Assembly (NCBI GenBank): GCA_965223545.1
Contig: OZ245006.1
Location: 6,496,001-6,560,000 of the forward strand
Origin: Planctomycetota bacterium
Lineage (GTDB): Bacteria > Planctomycetota > UBA1135 > UBA2386
DNA length: 64,000 nucleotides
Direction of reading: 5' to 3'
The notes below the pieces were generated by a model, which worked only from the letters and a program-made list of their open reading frames with translations, did not search any database and was not told the DNA's origin. Shown piece after piece: positions 59,512-64,000 of the stretch; position 1 is the first letter of the stretch; every line of letters starts with the position of its first letter. The translations under genes and the position numbers were made by a program.

Positions 59512-59539
59512 CCCTTCACCATACTTCAAGCTGTAGCCT
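59508..59539 (+). promoter_or_regulatory. MerR-type long-spacer promoter for the HMA-Trx selenoprotein
   Basis: TTGACC-N20-TAGCCT with an imperfect dyad in the spacer; ATG 7 nt after the -10 (leaderless-like). Confidence 0.7.
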
Positions 59540-59546
59540 TTCCCTC

Positions 59547-60269
59547 ATGCACCCCATCCTGCGCCCAGGCCTCAGTTCGGTTCTGCTGCTCTCCCTGGTG
59601 GCTTGCTCTGAGCCACTAACAGACTCGCCAACTCACGCGCCCACTCCGGAGCTCTCGAAGCTCGTCTCGATTCGCGTCGCTGGTTTCATCGAGGCTGCAG
59701 GCATCACCTGAATGGGTTGACCGAACAAGGTCAAAGAAGCCCTGGATGGGCTTCAAGGCGTTCAGGATGTGCAGGTTGACCTCGAAGACGACAGGTTCGA
59801 TGTCACTTACAACCCGAGGGAAGTGTCTTCCGACACCTTGCTCGAGGCGGTCAGAAAGCTCGACTACACGCCGCAGCTGGTAACGCGCGCGGAGGGTGGG
59901 GGAGAGGCGCCTGCGGACCAGGTCGATGCGGCGCAGCTCCCCAAGGAACTTGCGGCGCTCTTCGCCAAGGCTCGGGAATCCAATAAGGTCGTGCTGCTCA
60001 AGTTCTCCGGGCCAGGTTGACCGCCGTGCAAACGCATGGATGCCGTGACGTATCCGCACGAAGTCGTGAAGAAGGAACTTGATGAACACTGGGTCACGAC
60101 TCACTACGACGTGAGTGAAGCGAAGCGTGTCGCTACCCTCTTCGGAGTCTCGGCGATTCCTGTTGCTATTGGTGTGACCGCTGACGGAATGGTTCTGGGG
60201 CGAGTTCTTGGGTTTGTCGAACCCGAGCGTTTCGAGAAGGAACTCGAGACACTTCGCGCCAAGCGCTAG
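59547..60269 (+). CDS. Predicted triple-selenocysteine lipoprotein: HMA domain (GIT-U-MG-U) plus thioredoxin domain (U-PP-C), 240 aa
   Basis: Three ORF-track pieces are in one frame, separated only by TGA at 59709, 59718 and 60018, each at a CxxC cysteine position. Lipobox LVAC; TAG stop; SECIS-like hairpins. Confidence 0.88.
59736..59754 (+). promoter_or_regulatory. Putative bacterial SECIS hairpin
   Basis: GAAGCCC-TGGAT-GGGCTTC; the loop starts 22 nt after UGA 59718-20 and 31 nt after UGA 59709-11. Confidence 0.7.
60025..60060 (+). promoter_or_regulatory. Putative bacterial SECIS hairpin
   Basis: ACGCA-TGGA-TGC(C)GT upper stem and CGTGC/GCACG lower stem; loop 16 nt after UGA 60018-20; same TGGA loop as 59743. 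Confidence 0.6.
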
Positions 60270-60865
60270 TTCGGGACCACCTTGTAGCCAGTGCGCTCAA
60301 CCGCCTGAACGACTTGCTCGTTGGCGGGAGGAGAGTTCGGCTCGAAGAACACGGTCGCGAGGCCTTCGCTGTAGTTGACGGAAGCACTTGCTACACCGGG
60401 AACCGTGAGAAGCTCCTTCTTCACGTGCACCGTGCAAGCCTCGCACGTCATGCCTTCGATTCGAACGGTCGCCTTCTCGGTCGCTGCTGCATTCGACGGG
60501 GTCGCCTCTCCCTGGTCAGGCGCGATGAGGCCTACGTAGTTCGGGAAGAGGCCAACAACCAACACCAGGGCCGTTGCGACCCAGAGCATCGCTCGGTTGA
60601 AGCGCACGAACTTGTTGCTCGGAGTCGCGCAAGTCTCCCCTGGTGCGCACGCCTGTTTCCGAAAGTAGGTGAAGTAGAAGCCACCAGCGAGAAGCACCGC
60701 TGCGCCACCGAGGAAGTAGGGACGCACAGCTTCAAACTGCGCCGAGATTCCAGCTGCAGATACGCCGAACGCAAGAAGCAGAAGGGGAAGCCAGCAGCAC
60801 GCAGACGCCACAACAGCTGCAAGCACCGACCCGAATGCGGCCAACATCCCACCGCGACCACTCAC
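60266..60865 (-). CDS. merTP: MerT-MerP(HMA) fusion mercuric-ion transporter
   Basis: ASACC.LPL TM1, RPYF, CAPGETC loop, C-terminal GMTCEAC HMA domain. Confidence 0.9.
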   Translation of the reverse strand: MSGRGGMLAAFGSVLAAVVASACCWLPLLLLAFGVSAAGISAQFEAVRPYFLGGAAVLLAGGFYFTYFRKQACAPGETCATPSNKFVRFNRAMLWVATALVLVVGLFPNYVGLIAPDQGEATPSNAAATEKATVRIEGMTCEACTVHVKKELLTVPGVASASVNYSEGLATVFFEPNSPPANEQVVQAVERTGYKVVPN

Positions 60866-61278
60866 GATGTGGCCTCCTTGACGGCTTTTCTGAGGTCACC
60901 AAGACAGCACGACCCCTTCGGGTTCATCGTCTCGCAGCTGCATTCGCCAGCCTTCACCTTCGCGGTCACGGATTCCACGACGGCGCTCTCTCCGGTGCGA
61001 AGCACTTCGTCGCGGATGCTCTCCGCGCTGTGCCCGAAGCAGTAGCAGACCGGGTGGGGAGCGTCTGTCTCCTTCACCCCGACTCGGACCGCGACGTCGT
61101 CCTTGAGCAGCGTCGTTCCATCGCCTGCGAAGTAGACAACATCACAGTCGGGCTCTGGGCAAAACACCCACTGTCGCCCCTCAACAGCGCCTCGCACTTC
61201 TTCTCGCGCGAGGCTCTCGACCGTGACGGTCTTGACCGGCTTTCCTGGCGTCTTGGTCTTGGGGCAGAGAAGGTCCAT
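60862..61278 (-). CDS. Cys-rich CopZ-N-like Zn/[2Fe-2S] metallochaperone
   Basis: FCPEPDCDVVYF, VGVKE, PVCYCF, CSCETMNPKGSCCLG. Confidence 0.85.
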   Translation of the reverse strand: MDLLCPKTKTPGKPVKTVTVESLAREEVRGAVEGRQWVFCPEPDCDVVYFAGDGTTLLKDDVAVRVGVKETDAPHPVCYCFGHSAESIRDEVLRTGESAVVESVTAKVKAGECSCETMNPKGSCCLGDLRKAVKEATS

Positions 61279-61284
61279 GCTCCC

Positions 61285-61316
61285 ATTTACGGCCTTGAAC
61301 CCTGCTTTAGGGTCAA
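61285..61316 (-). promoter_or_regulatory. MerR-type promoter/operator for the metallochaperone-merTP genes
   Basis: Minus strand TTGACC-CTAAAGCAGGGTTCAAGGCC-GTAAAT, then ATG 6 nt later. Confidence 0.6.
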
Positions 61317-61353
61317 GGGTTTTTCGGAGAATGACCAAGAAGCCCGCGCAACG

Positions 61354-62154
61354 TCACTTGTGGAGCAACTCGACGACCTTGTCCACGGCGTTCTTCGACG
61401 GCACGCGCACCGCGCCTACGAACTTGCCGTCCGCATCCAACACCACCAGCCCTGGGATGGGGGCGTCCTCGTGCTCGTGCTTGAACTTGTAGGCATGCGG
61501 TCTCCTCACGATGACGCGCACGGCATTCTTCGAGGTTTCGATGACTTGCTCGTCGTTCACGATGTCTGAGAGCGCACGGCTCTCAAAGCGGGTGCTTGGT
61601 CATCAAGTCTCTGCGCCAGAAAGCCCCACAAGAACGAGCTTCTTCTCCTTCTTGGCCTTCGCAACCGCATCAGCCAGCGACGCAAGGCTTGCGAACTGCC
61701 ACTCAAGGCGCGGCTTCTCGGGAGCCTTCATCTCCTTGGCCCCGAGCGATACCGAGACTTTCTCTTCCTTCAACGTCTTTGCGCGCAGCACGACGGCCTC
61801 GAGCTTCTTCCCAGGCTTACTCACACGCAACACATCGGCGATGTCGTCCTGGCTGAAGAGTTCGACTGCGCCGAGCTTCACGAGCACGTCACCGGCCTCG
61901 ATGCCTGCTTTGCCAGCGGCGCTGTCCTTCTCCACATCTGAGACAACCTGGCCGCGAGCTCGGACCTCGAACTTGAGGTCGAGCTGCTTGACCTCTTCCT
62001 TGGATGGAGCGCGCGTGCTCGCGCCGAGTGTTGCGACCTTGACGAGCTTCGGTTCCTTCTCTTGAGGGTCTTGGTCTGGCTTCTCTTGCGCTGCGACCGG
62101 GCAGCAACAGAGAAGCCCAACGACCGGGCCTAGAAGGTGACGGGTCCTGACCAT
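61354..62154 (-). CDS. Predicted selenoprotein with tandem Sec-Sec: signal peptide, PDZ domain and thioredoxin-like domain (GAET-U-U-PST), 266 aa
   Basis: ORFs 61603-62202 and 61354-61560 are in frame, separated by TGA-TGA (61605-61600) and 13 sense codons. The Trx fold continues on both sides (AVAKAKKEKKLVLV ... IPGLVVLDADGK). SECIS-like hairpin follows. Confidence 0.78.
61565..61587 (-). promoter_or_regulatory. Putative bacterial SECIS hairpin
   Basis: Minus strand TTTGAGAGC-CGTGC-GCTCTCAGA; loop 21 and 24 nt after the two UGAs, with G at loop position 2. Confidence 0.68.
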
Positions 62155-62187
62155 GCTTTCGGTTCCTGGGGGGGTTGGAGGGCTGGC

Positions 62188-62219
62188 ATTGTCCACCCTC
62201 AACCATGGTGCATGGTCAA
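62188..62219 (-). promoter_or_regulatory. MerR-type long-spacer promoter for the PDZ-Trx selenoprotein
   Basis: Minus strand TTGACC-ATGCACCATGGTTGAGGGTG-GACAAT: 20-bp spacer with a dyad centred on CCATGG. Confidence 0.72.
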
Positions 62220-62314
62220 CTACTCCGCGAGGGGAAGTCGACCCGGGCGATGGGCGCCTTGGAAGGTGAGTCGGCGATGTCCTGCCGGACCGCTCACCAC
62301 CGTTCCCTAACGTC

Positions 62315-62388
62315 GTTCTGTGTGTCCCCTTCTGCCGTTGACAGTGAACGGTAAAAGAAGTTATCTTGCTTCTGAAAAAGGGGTTAGA
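62315..62388 (+). repeat. Direct repeat, copy 2, with dif-like core overlapping a sigma70-like promoter
   Basis: GTGAACGGTAA-AAGAAG-TTATCTTGCTT; TTGACA at 62338. Confidence 0.7.
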
Positions 62389-62713
62389 TCGGAAGGGGAG
62401 ACGCCGTTTGAAACCACGGAAGAGGCCAACACCACACTACTCGGACGACGCACCATTCTGCTGGATCGATGAGTGGTGGACCTGGGTGTTCACGCCTACC
62501 GGTAGCGTGCCGTGGCTCGAGCGCGAGGGTCGAGAACTTGAGGACGGCATGCGGCTTGAGGTTCGGCTTGGTCCTGAACGTTGGCTTCCGGTCTACGTGC
62601 GGCGGCGCGGGGAGGTGGTCACGTTCTGCTACCCCTTGCCGCACATCGATGACGAGCTCCTGATCGACATCCCGCACGAAGCTGAGCTTCGCCTTGTGGA
62701 GCCTGCGGCATGA
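62366..62713 (+). CDS. Hypothetical protein coupled to the recombinase
   Basis: ATGA overlap with the recombinase; start uncertain. Confidence 0.45.
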   Translation: MLLKKGLDRKGRRRLKPRKRPTPHYSDDAPFCWIDEWWTWVFTPTGSVPWLEREGRELEDGMRLEVRLGPERWLPVYVRRRGEVVTFCYPLPHIDDELLIDIPHEAELRLVEPAA

Positions 62714-63810
62714 CGGCGGGGCTCCTCACCGAGACGCCGCTGTCCAGACCGACGGACTCGAAGCCAGTTCGCGAGTTGCCGCGGATTCTTGAGGGACATG
62801 GCTCGCCCGCGGTGCGTCGGCGCGTCGAGAGCTTCGTCGCCTCTGTCGAAGCGATGTTCGAGGCCTGGGTCGCAAGGAGGGACAACCCGCACACTCAGCG
62901 CGCCTACCGGCAGGACGTTATGCACTTCGTTCGGTTCGCCGGGATCGAGTGGCCACGCGACGACTGGAACTTGCTCAAGAGCACGGTGCCCGACGTCCAG
63001 GAGTGGCGGACCTTCATGATCCAAGTCGATGGTAGCGCCCCAAAGACGGTGCTCCGTCGAGTGACGTCGCTCTCCCGGTTCTTCGAATACATGCGTGAGC
63101 AAGCGGCGGAGTTTCGGCTTCCCGTGATCGTGCCGAACCCCGCGCACAAGAACCACATCCCGCGCGAGGATGCAGAGCCAGTGGCGCCCACGAAGGAGCT
63201 CACGTTCTCTCGAGTTCGGCAACTCAAGGAGCTCGCCGCGGGCGAGTCGGTGCTGGCCTACCGCGACCGCGCGATCATCTACTTTTACCTCTACACCGGT
63301 GCTCGGATCGGCACCGGTTGTTCGGTTCGCGTCGAGGACTGTCACCTCGACCCCGAGGATCCCTACTTGATGGTGCGGGAGAAGGGAAAGGGCGCGAGCC
63401 GCAGGCGCGTTGGCATCAACGCGCAGTGCGCAGAAGCGCTCGCGGAATACATCGAGGAGGCCAGGCTCGGTAGCGGGCCCCTCTTCCGCCCGCGGGCGAA
63501 TTCTCGGTCGGCAAAGCTCGCAAGCCGGGCGATGACCACGGTCACGATGTATCGGTTGCTGAAGAGTTACCTCGAGCGGTTGCCGCGCGCGTCACGCGAG
63601 GTTCAGCTTCCAGACGGAAGCATCGTACGTCGGTGCATCTACACGCCTCATTCGCTTCGAGCGACAGCCGCAACCCAAGCGGATGAGGTTGGCGTTCCGA
63701 TCACCAAGATTCAGGAGCTGCTCGGCCACAAGCAGATCAAAACAACTCAGGTCTACGTCAAGCGCAAGCGCGGAACGAAGGAGAGTGCGTCGCATCAGCT
63801 GCCGTTCTGA
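62710..63810 (+). CDS. Tyrosine recombinase (XerC/D-like resolvase/integrase)
   Basis: N-terminal TQRAYRQD SAM-like domain; RDRAII...YTGAR, KG, HSLRATA and LLGH...TTQVY catalytic residues. Confidence 0.93.
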   Translation: MTAGLLTETPLSRPTDSKPVRELPRILEGHGSPAVRRRVESFVASVEAMFEAWVARRDNPHTQRAYRQDVMHFVRFAGIEWPRDDWNLLKSTVPDVQEWRTFMIQVDGSAPKTVLRRVTSLSRFFEYMREQAAEFRLPVIVPNPAHKNHIPREDAEPVAPTKELTFSRVRQLKELAAGESVLAYRDRAIIYFYLYTGARIGTGCSVRVEDCHLDPEDPYLMVREKGKGASRRRVGINAQCAEALAEYIEEARLGSGPLFRPRANSRSAKLASRAMTTVTMYRLLKSYLERLPRASREVQLPDGSIVRRCIYTPHSLRATAATQADEVGVPITKIQELLGHKQIKTTQVYVKRKRGTKESASHQLPF

Positions 63811-63874
63811 TTCGATGGCTTTCGCGGCGCGGTCAACTAGTCTGGTGTGCGATTCCCTTGGTTTGTGACCATGG

Positions 63875-64000
<126 letters not shown>

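Noticed and set aside
61279..61356. Further read-through of the TGA at 61354-56 into the in-frame metallochaperone gene
   Set aside because: The interval contains a MerR-type promoter and the linker is not domain-like, so the shared frame is probably chance.
59547..62154. Reading the in-frame TGAs as pseudogenisation or a genome-wide UGA-to-Trp/Gly code
   Set aside because: The TGAs fall only at catalytic Cys-type positions with hairpins downstream, and many ordinary genes in the window end at TGA.
62710..63810. Recombinase as an integron integrase or as the element's tRNA integrase
   Set aside because: No attC array or recognisable IntI patch was seen, and it is 20 kb from the att site; it looks more like a resolvase.

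Overview
High-GC bacterial DNA, probably an uncultured Planctomycetota (inferred from the ECF sigma/Ser-Thr kinase pairs and the many secreted repeat proteins). It has two parts. (1) Bases 1-42.4 kb are host chromosome: kinase-WD40/FGE and ECF sigma pairs, a 2322-aa PKD-repeat surface protein, FG-GAP and SBBP secreted proteins sharing a C-terminal domain, a B12-radical SAM/hydroxylase/GT2/YfhO cluster, two peptidases flanked by REP-like palindromes, and several decayed fragments (IS21, IS66, globin, SGNH copy). (2) From about 42.43 kb to past the window end is an integrated mobile element, bounded on the left by a duplicated 3' half of tRNA-Phe. It carries a DNA methylase and ArdC behind repeated 260-bp hairpin elements, a Replic_Relax-like relaxase with a coupling ATPase, YhcG, a TerY-P-like triad, a peptidase-ECF sigma fusion, DUF3800, a heavy-metal cassette, a tyrosine recombinase and the end of a CzcA/CusA gene. 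The main finding is in the metal cassette (59.0-62.2 kb). Two genes that the ORF track splits at TGA read as multi-selenocysteine proteins: a lipoprotein with an HMA domain (UxxU) plus a thioredoxin domain (UxxC), and a PDZ-thioredoxin-like protein with tandem UU. Each UGA cluster is followed by a SECIS-like hairpin. They sit with MerR, MerTP and a Cys-rich metallochaperone under MerR-type promoters, with no merA in the window. All family assignments come from motif recognition by eye; no searches were run.
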